Below are positions 53,201-63,385 of a stretch of 64,000 nucleotides of DNA, one piece after another. The stretch comes from Perna viridis. Its lineage: Eukaryota. The stretch spans positions 47,467,626-47,531,625 of the forward strand of contig CM074516.1 of assembly GCA_037379345.1 (NCBI GenBank), read 5' to 3'. Position 1 is the first letter of the stretch, and each line of letters opens with the position of its first letter. The notes below the pieces were generated by a model. It saw nothing but the letters and a program-made list of their open reading frames with translations. It was not told the origin of the DNA and searched no databases. Both the position numbers and the translations under genes were made by a program.

Positions 53201-56200
53201 CATAAATTTGAAATCCTGGAAAAGTAATATTTATTCCTGGAAATGTAATTCACCAAATATTTCTTTTTCATCTTCATGAATTTTTTAGATATTAACCACT
53301 ACTCATGATATATTTCCATGAAAAAAGATGGACATGGAAGATAGTTACTGCTGGTTAATAAGTTGCTATGTATCCCATGGCAAATATTTTATAGAATGTA
53401 AAAATTAACTTTGCTTAACCTAATAACACATTATTTATCTAAATTTATTTATATTTTTTATCAGCATTATTATTTGGTAAACTAAAATCAAGTCCTTTAA
53501 TTGCTCCCATACTTCATGTTGTGAATTTAAAAATAAGTGATAATAGTACTTTTATTGATAGCTATCAATTCTTTGGTGGTTGCTAAATTATTCTTTTACT
53601 GAGTTTCAATTCCCTGGTACCAATATGCAATCTTATCTTAATTTCTAATGAAAAAATCATTTTTATGAAATTTTAAATTTATTGTTTACTTAAAAATAAA
53701 AAAATAGAGATTCCACGTCTATTGAATTTTAGCTATAATTGACAGTTTTTATTTCACTCAACATTTTTTAAGGGCTTTTAATCAATTAAGAATCCAATGC
53801 TGATTTGAAGAATGTATTCAATGGTTACTTGCCCCTTGACTATAAATGAAATATCTATGGCTGGGTATTACTTATTTTTAGTATGAAGGTAAAAAAAAAA
53901 GGTATATTCTATCCTAAATCAAAAAGTTTATTCTCTAAACATGTTATAATTTTCCCTTAGTTAGATTAATTAACCTTTATCTGTCTTAATGAATTCAATC
54001 TCACATTTGTTGATAATTTTATCTTACATGGATTATGATTGTCTGTTAATTATGTTTATCTCTGAATTATAATTAACTGAGATATTGTCGCTTAATATGA
54101 ATATTAATGAGATGGAGGTTCTATGAAGGATGATCTTAGTGAGGAAATAATATTCACCAGAAAGATATTTGTTAAGTTTTATTCTGAATATATTTTTTTA
54201 AACTTCAGAGGATCTCCCTTTACAAGCTTTTTTGCATCAGTATTCCCAAGTATACCATGTAATGTGATTTGAGTGATAATTTGGAGGTGTGTTGACTTAT
54301 GTATCCACCCTGCCCACACAGATTGTTACATGTTGGTTGATACTAGATAAGTTTCTATAAAGGGTAATTGTACCAGACTGCTAGACTGACGGAAATATAA
54401 AATAAGGAAACATGGTTAAGATGATGATAACGTAATGATAGCCAGAGTATGTACCTCTAATACATAAATTTTAATACAAATAGACTAGTTGTTACAATGG
54501 ATGGAGTACTTAAGTTTGGATATATATGTTTTTTATTAAGTTTGACTTGTCTTTTTATTCCATCATTTAGTATACCTTGTATATCAGAACCATCATGTGA
54601 TTGTGTTAACAATGAGAGAACTGTTCATTGTGAAAGTAAGATGGGGGTTGGAAAGTTACAGAACTTTCATCCAGATGTTGTATCATTGACGATTAGAAAT
54701 AGTTTTCTTGGTCCGATGTTGAACACATCATTTTCCTCCTTCATGATGGAAGTAGAGGAGATAATACTCACTCACTGTAGAATACATACAATTACTGATG
54801 TAGTGTTCAGATATTTACGGAACTTGAGGAAGTTAGTGCTAACAGATAATTATTTGAGGATTTTAAATTTTGATGTTTTTTCTCATTTGACTTCATTGGA
54901 GGAATTGGACTTGAGCCATAACAGATTTTCTGTTTTGCCAGACGGGGCATTTCGAACATTGACTAATTTACGATATTTTAATATCAGCTATAACAACTTG
55001 ACTGATATCAAACTTGGCCTACGATTTCAAGTTATGGAACAGATGCAAGTTTTAGACTTCAGCGGCAACAGTTTCCAGAATATTCCATCAGATGCTTTTG
55101 AAATGTCATCAAGCTGGAGGTCGACTGTACCAAAGGTCATGAATCTCTCTTACTGTGGAATAAAGTTTATTAATGAATCAGCATTTCAGAATCCACAAGG
55201 AATAGAAATGTTGGATTTAAGTGGTAATTTTGATATTTCCTACACTAATCTGACCTACTTCTTTAACTCTAGTGATTCTCCCAACATTAAGTATTTGGAT
55301 TTATCTAGCATTGGGCTTACCAATGTCACTGAACTATTTAGTACATTCAGAAGAAGGAATATCAAAGAACTTTTATTGTCCAACAATAACATAACTGAAG
55401 TACCACCAGAATTATCAGAAAACTCTGCTGGAACATTGACAAAACTGGACTTAAGTAAAAATAAATTGACTTCTATTTCACAACCTCTCTCTGAACTCAA
55501 AAGTTTATTGTATCTTGATCTTTCAAACAATCGGATATCAGATGTTGATCCCAAATTTGATGCAAATCTGGTAAACCTAGACCATTTAGACCTTTCATAT
55601 AATGAAATAGGTGATGGGAAAATTACTCTGCAGAACTTTGAAAATATTAAATGGTTAGACTTCAGTCACAATAAGTTGGTATCATTCAGTCTTCCAGATT
55701 CTCTTCAGAACTTACAGTTTGTGAATCTGTCTTACAATTCTATTGCCAGTTTAGATACTCTGAATGCATTACACAAGTTGGAAACTTTTTTGTTTGAAAA
55801 CAATGAACTAATCGAGCTTAATGAATTTTTATTTGTGGATTCGCCTAATATCAATTCTGTGAATTTTAAAGGTAATAAGATTAAAACCCTTGCTGACTCG
55901 ACCTTTGAACCTTATTCTCCAAAGTACATTGACCTTTCTTTTAATAAACTTGAAACAATAAGGTTTCCAGGATGGAAGAATGTCAAGTCTATATCTCTGA
56001 GAGGAAATGGAATGAACAGTTTGAACAAAGCTACATTTTATGCCTTATTTCAGCTGGTGTTTTTAGATTTAGCTGAAAACAATCTGATTTTCTTGGAGGA
56101 TAAATTGTTTCTCTATTTTACCAACTTAACTACTCTACACTTAGAACACAACCAACTATACAGGTCTGATAATTGGGATGAATTATTTCAAAATTTGATT

Positions 56201-59200
56201 CTACTGAAGAAAATGGATCTTAGTTTTAATAACATCTCCAAATTTTATTCAAGTGATTTTGTTAAAAGTGAATTATTAGAGGAATTATGTGTTAGCCACA
56301 ACAGAATTCATCATGTTGAGCCATCTGGATTACGAAAGCTAACAAATATTAAGAATTTAGATTTTTCAGTCAATCCCTTTGTATGTAATTGCTACGCAAG
56401 AGACTTTCGTGATTGGCTTTGTTCTTCTGGTGTTAAAATGTCATACAGCAAAGAAAACTATACTTGTCTGTCTCCGGAGGAACAACATGGTAAAGATTTC
56501 TGTGAGTTTAAATTGGGACATTTTGAATGTGATTTTCTCTATCTATATATGGTGGTCTATTCAATTGTAGGAGCCATTTTTCTGATAGTTATCATTACCA
56601 CTGCATTTGTATGTCATTTTCATTTAAAATGGAGACGCAATCAGCTTATTGTGAAAAGTCGACCTTCAATTGACTTTGAAAGCATGGAACATTCACCATT
56701 TATACCAGATGATACTTTGGATAAAAAGTCAAAGCAATCAAAGAAAAAAGATAATGAAAAAATAAAGGCAATATCTAATCATAAGGTTGGAAGTAAAAAT
56801 AAGAAAAAGAAGTCCAAAATGATGGATGAAGTATATACAATGAACATGATGAATGGGTATGGAAACTTTATGAACGGTGATATAAAGGAAGTCTCTAATG
56901 CAAAGAAGACAAAGAAATCACCTAAAAGCAAAGCAGTGAAGAAAGGTGAAAAAAAGCGAAGACACTCAGACTCAGGCTATGTGTTTAAACACAGGAATGA
57001 ATTGATAGTTCAGAAACCTAGGAGAAAGACAAACTCTGAACTTGAAACAAACCCATATGTCCAACAGTTTCTATGGCAACAACATAAAAAGCACATGAAA
57101 AACTTAGTCAACAAGCAATTAAATCGTGAATCATTCCGTAATGTTGATGTTATTCGTCCCAAACCTATTCTCAGCAGTAGATCTGAAAGTGTACCAGATG
57201 TCAAGTATTACACTATTAACAGGATGCCTAGATCAAATACTGCTGGTTATAGACTCAATGAGTACTACCCTGACATGGGCACTTGGCATGGATCACGTAG
57301 TCGACAAAACATAGGCTTTAAAGACCAATATAAAATGTCAGGATATAACACAATAGGTGGTACTCTGAAATCTCATGCACAGTATATTTGAAAGCATTTA
57401 CTCATGTACATCATTATCAATATTAAACAAGTGTGTAACTAATTAGTTCTGTATAACTTTTTGTGCCGTGTTGATACCTGGTTTTATTCATTTCCTCATT
57501 TTAAAATGATTTTTTTTAAGTGATCATATATCTCCACTGTATTGTGTTTTGCCTTGTCCATCTGTCTGTATGTCTGGTTGTCTCTCCTCAAAAACTGCTG
57601 CTCTGAATTTCATGAAGTAGTGTAGGTAGTTAGGACATGATATGTAGTTGTCTGTGTTACCATGAATTTATATTCCATATAATTTTCTGATAGTTCTACC
57701 CATTTTTGACTTTGGAATGGGGAAAGCCTATTTTTTATGGGCAAAAACGAACTTAAATGTAATGGTGTTTTTACTAAAAGATTTTTTGAAATGAATCAAT
57801 TGTTTCTTTCTACTTTAAAGGTAAATGATATGAAAGGTTTTTGTTATTATTCAGGTGTACTTTGGTTTCATTTTAGCAACAAAAAAATCCTCTTGTAATT
57901 TTCTTCTCTTCATTTTAATGCCCTTGCTATACCCCCTGTAAACAAGGGTGGAGTAAAGGAATCACCAAGCCTAGCTGTATGTGTAGGTCTTGTCTTTTTG
58001 TACATCTGCACTTTAACTTATTTATCAGAATTCACTACATTTTGTGAACAATTGAATGGGTTCTGATGACTCTTTGAATCATGATTGTTGGGTATCAAAT
58101 GCATATGTGAAGAAAGTACACTACTAGTGTTGACAAAGATATTAAACATTGTGTATGATGAAGTAGAAGCACTGGAGTATTAGTATTAGGGAAAAAAATA
58201 ATGTCTGTTTCTTGCTACCAACTATCCTATTTTTTTGCCCCTACCCTTAATATTTTATGTCCATTTTGCCATTTAAGCACTTATAAAGTCTAAATTGTTG
58301 ACTCATTAACTCAATGTAATTGAAAAATAAAATAATTTTCCATACCTACCTACCATATTTTTTGCTGGTAGCAGGAAACAAGACTATTATTATTTTTGGC
58401 TTTACAGTTAATGAGTTATACTACTGTTAGCAGTATGTTATCCCATACAGAGTGCAAGAATACAGAGTTAATTTTTTTCCTACCAAAGGAAATACCATCA
58501 GAACTTGAATTAGTTTTAATGGTACGTCATACAAACAATACATTTAAAGTGAAAAAGTTGACTGGAATCTTCATGGATAAAAACCACATAAATGAGAAGA
58601 CAATTGCTATAAATTATATTGAGATGGAGGTGGCTTTCCACAACTGACTAAATAAAATCATTCTGAAGAATTTAAGTAAAATTAGGAAGTGAAATGTGAA
58701 CTTAAATAGTAATCCCTTCCTTGGTGTAGAAATGAAATCTACTTCCCTTCTGGATGAAATTGAAATCTTTTTTGTTCATTTATTATAACATATTTCTAAA
58801 AAATTGAGGTACAATATACAAAGGAAATTGATAGAAGAAATATTGATTTACTACATGGACATTTTGTTGGCACTCAGATCTATAGTATGTAGGTTAACTG
58901 TATGAGTGTATTATTAAAACAGAAAACAGAGAAAAAAAACATAATATAAAAAAAAAAAAAAAAAAAACACTATGAAAACTAAGACGATATGGGAAGTGGA
59001 AGCATGAATCTATTACATCAGTATGGTAAGCATCATCTGTTCTCTAGATACATCCACCATGGTGCTTCTTTCATGTTACAACCACTACTATTTTGTCAAA
59101 GTATTGTCACTGCAAGTTCATCTTCTACTTTAATATTACTAAAACAAGAGGTTCTGGAGACCCTGATTGGCTCACCTAGCCCAGAGGATCATGTGAGCTG

Positions 59201-61869
59201 TTGCCACCACTTGGTGTCCATTGTTGTGGGTGTTGCCCTTGTCTTTGTCTGTGAACTTTTCTCTAGACATCTTTTTCTCTGAAACTTCCTGACATGTTTT
59301 AATGAAAGTTAGCTTGAACATTTCTTAGGAGTTTAAATTTTTTATGTAAAAACATTACCATTATATCTATTTATAGAAGATAAAGGTAAAGCCATTTAAT
59401 TCAAAGGTATATCTCAATAGCTACATGGAATAGAAAAAAAATGAAGAAACTTTACTTCTTTGGGTTGATGAGCTCTTACTGACTAAAAGTCTTCATTTGG
59501 TTGAAGTTGTAGGAGAAATCCTTGTTAGAGTTATTTCCCTTTAAAGGCAAAAAATGAAGTTTTTTTTCAGTTTTAAACTAATATCTTGAAAATCATAATA
59601 GATAAAAAAAACTTTCCACTGATGAAATGATCTTAAAGATAAAACCTTCAAAAAGACACCCTAAGGTGGAAATTGCAGGATGACTCATCAGAGTTATTAT
59701 GATCATTTTTGCTGTTTTAAGTCAATATTGTGAAGTCCTTAATATATAGAAAAAAAAATTTACATTAATGATTTGATCTTTATGATACAGCCTACAAAAG
59801 TCTGTGTTATCAAACACAACCCCTTGTTAGAGTAATTGCACTTGAAAGGCAAACAAGGAAATTTTTTTTTTCAGTTTTCAACCAATTTCTTGAACTGTAA
59901 TAGATAGAAAAAACTTTAAATTGATGAAATGATCCTTATGATAAGACCTACAAAAGTCTTCATTAAGTTGCAGCTTTAGGATGACTCCTTGTTGGAGTTA
60001 TTGTCCTTGAAAGGGCAAAAAAAATCACCAGGTGGTTGATTCAGGCTCTTGGAAGTTTCAAGGGAACTAAATTTAATAAGAAATCACCACACAACTTGAA
60101 CACTTGGGGACTTGCTAGGCCTTGTTGTGAGAATCATTAATTGAAAGTTCATTTATATTTATTGAAATTTGTCATGTTTGTCTTTCAGTGGCATAGGAGT
60201 TGTCACACAACCTAGACACTACAAGGACTTTGTAGGCTTTGTCATAAGGATTATTTCAACAATTTATAGTTTTTAGCTCACCTGGCATGGAATAGACAGT
60301 CAGACAGTAGTTTTTCACTTATATCTCCAAAACCGTTAGGTTTAGCTAAATTCTGATACTGTGTAAAAGTGTTCAGCATGATGAGATCTATCTCTGTTCA
60401 AATTTTGGTTTTAATCCATTTAGCCATGTTGAAGTTATTGCCCTTTTTCAACGATTTTTGCTGTTTTTAATGTTATTTCTTTCTAAAATCTTCTCCTCTG
60501 ACACTACTTGATGAATTGAAACCACACTTGGTATGAATGTTTCTCTGGGTATCCTGCATAGAACTGTTGTGGGGATTTTTGATTCATCGAAAAATATGGC
60601 CATCGTTGCTAAAAATAGGACATAGGGGTCAGACAGTAGTTTTTCGCATATATCTCCAAAACACTTAGGTTTAGCAAAATACTTTCAATAGCTTAAATGA
60701 TCCTTATTATTAGGACTACAAAAGTATTCAAGGATAAAAGTTGTAAGAGTTATTGCCCTAGAAAGGGGAAAAATGACTTTTTTTTTAGTTTTTTAGTCAA
60801 TATCTTGAAAACTATGATAGAATAAAAGAAACTTTTAATTGTTGAAATGATCCTTATGATAAGTCTTACCAAATACTTCTTGAGTAAAAATTCTTGTTAA
60901 ATTTATTGCCTTTGAAAGGTAAAAATTCAACCAGGTGAGCAATTCAGGCTCCTGGGAGCCTCTTGTCTTTCATCTATTACAGTTTTTAAGTTACAAGCTA
61001 AAACACAAAAAAAATAGCCCTTAGTCACCAACCAAGGGCAATAATTCTAAAATAAAGAGTCATCAAACAAATTCAACACTATGAGGACTTTTCAGATATA
61101 CAAAATGCACTACAAATTTTTTTAATTTCTTAGTATCAAATCGTACTATATTTTTCAAGGCTAATATAAGTATTCAAAATATACATTGAACCTACAGCAC
61201 CTTTTCAAGGATTATTATGTTTTGATCAATTTTTCATGCCATGGCACTTAGGAATCAAGGGGGGAAGATTTATATTTTACATTTATTTTTCAGTCCATGT
61301 CACTCAGAAATATTGTGAGGTAGATTTATATTGACTTTTATTTTTCAGTCCATGGCATTTGGGAATATAGTGTAATAGATTTATATTTGCCTTCTATTTT
61401 TCAGTCCATGGCACTTGGGAATCAAGTGGGGAAGATTTATGTTTGGGATATAGATATTGATGACCCCAGGGAAGCAAGGTTAGTAATTACTTGTTTATAT
61501 CTAGTGTATAACATGCATTTAAAATTGATTTACATGTAAATCAACTAGAGCAATATTACTATAGTTCATAATTTTTTAAAAAATCTCTCTAGCTGTGGAT
61601 ATGCATCGAAGATTTCACATAATAGTTTTTGACAATATCCCAAAATGTTGCAAGTTAACCTTGTGAACACCCCTTTAATATACTAGCATTTGTTTTATGT
61701 AGGTATATACACACACCAGAAATGTTATTCTATTTTATAAAGGTATATAGTAATCACCCACCAGAAATGTTATTCAGCAATCAGACAAACTGCTTTCACT
61801 AAAGATGGTAACACATTACTGGCTGTAACTGATGATGCTTGTATCTGGAGATGGGACAGACTCAAATAA
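38254..61869 (+). CDS. EED: Polycomb protein EED/esc (PRC2 WD40 subunit), 428 aa, 12 exons
   Basis: Exons 38254-38352, 42445-42576, 42803-42895, 43362-43427, 44129-44251, 44523-44604, 45690-45781, 46083-46216, 47669-47774, 48386-48544, 61405-61478, 61743-61869 (1287 nt). Motifs: [109 protein letters not shown]. Confidence 0.96.
41205..41905. mobile_element. MITE-like element with subterminal GATCCGTCC / GGGGACGGATC repeats
   Basis: Repeated GATC(C/T)GTCC at 41226-41300 and inverted GGGGACGGATCAAC at 41823-41900. Confidence 0.6.
42008..42220. repeat. ~36-38-bp minisatellite in EED intron 1
   Basis: Repeated (CAGA)TCCTCATACACATGTG..CCCATTTAAA, about 6 copies. Confidence 0.8.
43428..44128 (+). 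other. U12-type (minor spliceosome) GT-AG intron, EED intron 4
   Basis: 5' site GTATCCTTT. Branch-point-like TTCCTGAAC at 44111-44119 lies just upstream of the AG at 44127-44128, with no polypyrimidine tract. The frame joins as YVDPS|TEENFY. Confidence 0.9.
44383..44560 (+). repeat. Three tandem ~62-bp copies of the EED exon 6 acceptor + exon start
   Basis: AG at 44396-97, 44458-59 and 44521-22, each followed by CATT..T..(G/C)CATGGT.ATGC...CAAT.AGTTGA. Confidence 0.9.
44841..45453. mobile_element. MITE with CACATG-rich arms in EED intron 6
   Basis: GGTAAAAATGCCACAC ... GTGTGGCATTTTTACC terminal inverted repeats, with many CACATG/CATGTG motifs in the arms. Confidence 0.8.
45515..45737 (+). 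repeat. Three tandem 78-82-bp copies of the EED exon 7 acceptor + exon start
   Basis: TGTATTTGACAG|ATCATACCCTG.GGTTATGGAATGTG.AG.CAGATATTTGTGTGGTTA, with AG at 45528-29, 45606-07 and 45688-89. Confidence 0.95.
46848..47401 (+). mobile_element. HINE-like element with degenerate internal tandem units
   Basis: Repeated CCTTCATGCAC..TACATATGAT.CC.ACCTTCCT units, ending GGACAGA..AAACCCTGTTTTCAGGGGTTATAAT (terminal hairpin). Confidence 0.6.
51038..51171. mobile_element. Short palindromic MITE
   Basis: CAGGTGTCATTTTCACAAAAAGTTGTAAG ... CTTACAACTTTTTGTGAAATTGATGCCTG. Confidence 0.75.
51290..53015 (-). mobile_element. Helentron/HINE-like element (family A) with tandem arrays, upstream of the nested LRR gene
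   Basis: Ends GGTGAGCGATTCAGGCTTCTGGGAGCCTCTTGTT (reverse complement of the 26179 start). Contains ~320-bp repeated units (AAAATAGAACATAGGGGTCAGACAGTAG) and a (GTC) microsatellite at 51310-51365. Confidence 0.8.
54497..57391 (+). CDS. Single-ORF LRR type-I transmembrane protein (Toll/TLR-like ectodomain, no TIR), 964 aa, nested in EED intron 10
   Basis: Signal peptide, LRR-NT ([13 protein letters not shown]), ~20 LxxLxLxxN repeats, LRR-CT (NPFVCNC..WL..YTCLSP..C), a TM helix ([22 protein letters not shown]) and a ~250-aa basic, Tyr-containing tail. Confidence 0.93.
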   Translation: MDGVLKFGYICFLLSLTCLFIPSFSIPCISEPSCDCVNNERTVHCESKMGVGKLQNFHPDVVSLTIRNSFLGPMLNTSFSSFMMEVEEIILTHCRIHTITDVVFRYLRNLRKLVLTDNYLRILNFDVFSHLTSLEELDLSHNRFSVLPDGAFRTLTNLRYFNISYNNLTDIKLGLRFQVMEQMQVLDFSGNSFQNIPSDAFEMSSSWRSTVPKVMNLSYCGIKFINESAFQNPQGIEMLDLSGNFDISYTNLTYFFNSSDSPNIKYLDLSSIGLTNVTELFSTFRRRNIKELLLSNNNITEVPPELSENSAGTLTKLDLSKNKLTSISQPLSELKSLLYLDLSNNRISDVDPKFDANLVNLDHLDLSYNEIGDGKITLQNFENIKWLDFSHNKLVSFSLPDSLQNLQFVNLSYNSIASLDTLNALHKLETFLFENNELIELNEFLFVDSPNINSVNFKGNKIKTLADSTFEPYSPKYIDLSFNKLETIRFPGWKNVKSISLRGNGMNSLNKATFYALFQLVFLDLAENNLIFLEDKLFLYFTNLTTLHLEHNQLYRSDNWDELFQNLILLKKMDLSFNNISKFYSSDFVKSELLEELCVSHNRIHHVEPSGLRKLTNIKNLDFSVNPFVCNCYARDFRDWLCSSGVKMSYSKENYTCLSPEEQHGKDFCEFKLGHFECDFLYLYMVVYSIVGAIFLIVIITTAFVCHFHLKWRRNQLIVKSRPSIDFESMEHSPFIPDDTLDKKSKQSKKKDNEKIKAISNHKVGSKNKKKKSKMMDEVYTMNMMNGYGNFMNGDIKEVSNAKKTKKSPKSKAVKKGEKKRRHSDSGYVFKHRNELIVQKPRRKTNSELETNPYVQQFLWQQHKKHMKNLVNKQLNRESFRNVDVIRPKPILSSRSESVPDVKYYTINRMPRSNTAGYRLNEYYPDMGTWHGSRSRQNIGFKDQYKMSGYNTIGGTLKSHAQYI
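58185..58402. mobile_element. Small MITE
   Basis: AAAAAATAATGTCTGTTTCTTGCTACC ... GGTAGCAGGAAACAAGACTATTATT inverted ends. Confidence 0.6.
59142..60966 (-). mobile_element. Cluster of family-A Helentron/HINE-like copies downstream of the nested LRR gene
   Basis: An older copy spans ~59170-60055. A younger copy spans 60272-60966 (TTAGCTCACCTGG ... GGTGAGCAATTCAGGCTCCTGGGAGCCTCTTGT), with the same internal units as 51290-53015. Confidence 0.78.
61225..61445 (+). repeat. Four tandem 55-56-bp copies of the EED exon 11 acceptor + exon start
   Basis: TTTTCA(G/T) ..CCATG.CA.T..G.AAT.....AGATTTAT units. The first copy has CAT at 61235-37; the others have AG at 61292-93, 61347-48 and 61403-04. Confidence 0.92.
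61692..61775 (+). repeat. Two copies (40-bp spacing) of the EED exon 12 acceptor + exon start
   Basis: TTTTATGTAG|GTATATACACACACCAGAAATGTTATTC followed by TTTTATAAAG|GTATATAGTAATCACCCACCAGAAATGTTATTC. Confidence 0.85.
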
Positions 61870-62271
61870 TCTACAGCTCTAATATTATCTTAATAATGGA
61901 AGTGAAAATTTGTCTCTTGTTACACGATGTTTAACATGTCCGGATATGACAGGGTGATGTTACAAAGTATATTCTACTGTGGTCTTAAAGTTGATATTCA
62001 TAGTGGATAAAGGTTAATTGTGTTTTAGTGTAATACATACCCAGTATACCGGAATAGGAAAAAAGTGACAAGGGAGTTTATATGTGTTCATTGTTAAATG
62101 ATATGTTACTTGAACAATTATTGTGAATTCTAGTATTTTTGTGTCTATACAATTGATAGAAAAAAACAGTATCAATATATTAGTAAATTTCATTGAATAA
62201 ATTACTATTGAAGATACAATAATAAATGATATTTTAAAACTATGTACTATTTATTTTGTATGTGTAGTTGA

Positions 62272-62910
62272 AAAAAATTAAAGAACCTTAGTGAGCATGC
62301 TTACATACCCCACACGTCCCCATGTTGGATACTCAAGTAAATTTCAAACTCCAGACTGTGATTTCTTCGAGTTTTAATTAATCCAAAGTAAATATCATTG
62401 TTGCAGAACAAAACGTACATTTTACCTGTAACTTATCATGGTGAACTTATATACCAAAAATCATGTCATAATCTGCAAGCGTTTAGAAAAAAAAAGTCTG
62501 AAAAATTGTTATTTCTGTGCATTTAGCTAAGTTCAAGGCCCGTAATTTCAGTAAAAATCATCAGATTTGAGGCAAACACAAATTTGTCCTGTAACTTATC
62601 ATGGTGAATTTACATACCAAAAATCATGTCAATTTCTGCAAGCGTTTTGAAAAAAAAGTCTCGAAAACTGTTATTTCTGTGAATTTTGCTAAGTTCAAGG
62701 ACCGTAATTTCTGTAAAAATTATTGGAGCAGAACAAAAGTTAAACTTGACCTGTAACTTATCATGGTTAACTTACATACCAAAAATCATGCCAGTTTAGG
62801 CAAGTGTTTCAAACATTCCGGAAAACTGAAGATGGACTGAGAGATGGACGGACGGACTGAGGGGTCAAAAACGTTATACCCTCTGCAACTTCAATGCATG
62901 GGGTATAATA
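62272..62910 (+). mobile_element. HINE-like element with ~162-bp satellite units
   Basis: CCTGTAACTTATCATGGT at ~62425, 62588 and 62750, then a GACG microsatellite and a terminal hairpin TTATACCC..TGCA..TGCA..GGGGTATAA. Confidence 0.75.
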
Positions 62911-63071
62911 AGGAGAATGGATATGTTGTCCTTACTTTTCATTACATTAGACATGTATACAAGTATACAAAACTTATACCTGCATTACATAACACTCTGT
63001 TATATGTTAGCATGATAGCACTCTAAAAGCAGGAAGTGAAAACCAAGGTATCTATGATTAGTACAGGGAAC

Positions 63072-63385
63072 AGAAAATTTATAATCTGAAGACAGAGACT
63101 AGGCTGAGACAACAGATAATAATCTGCAGACGGAGACAAGGCTGAGACAACAGATAATAATCTGCAGATGGAGACAAGGCTGAGACAACTGACAATAATC
63201 TGTAGACAGAGACTAGACTGAGACAACAGACAATAATTTGTAGACAGAGACTAGACTGAGACAACAGACAATAATCTGTAGACAGACTAAACTGAGACAT
63301 CAGACAATAAATAATCTGTAGACGGAAACTAGGCTGAGACAACAGACAATAATCTGAAGACAGACTAGGCTGAGACAACTGACAA
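63072..63385. repeat. ~39-bp minisatellite, ~8 copies
   Basis: Repeated ATAATCTG.AGACAGAGACTAGGCTGAGACAACAGA. Confidence 0.9.

Noticed and set aside
55255-57314. Small antisense and alternate-frame ORFs inside the LRR gene (and similar ones inside the LINE)
   Set aside because: Shadow ORFs of real coding sequence, with no independent evidence.
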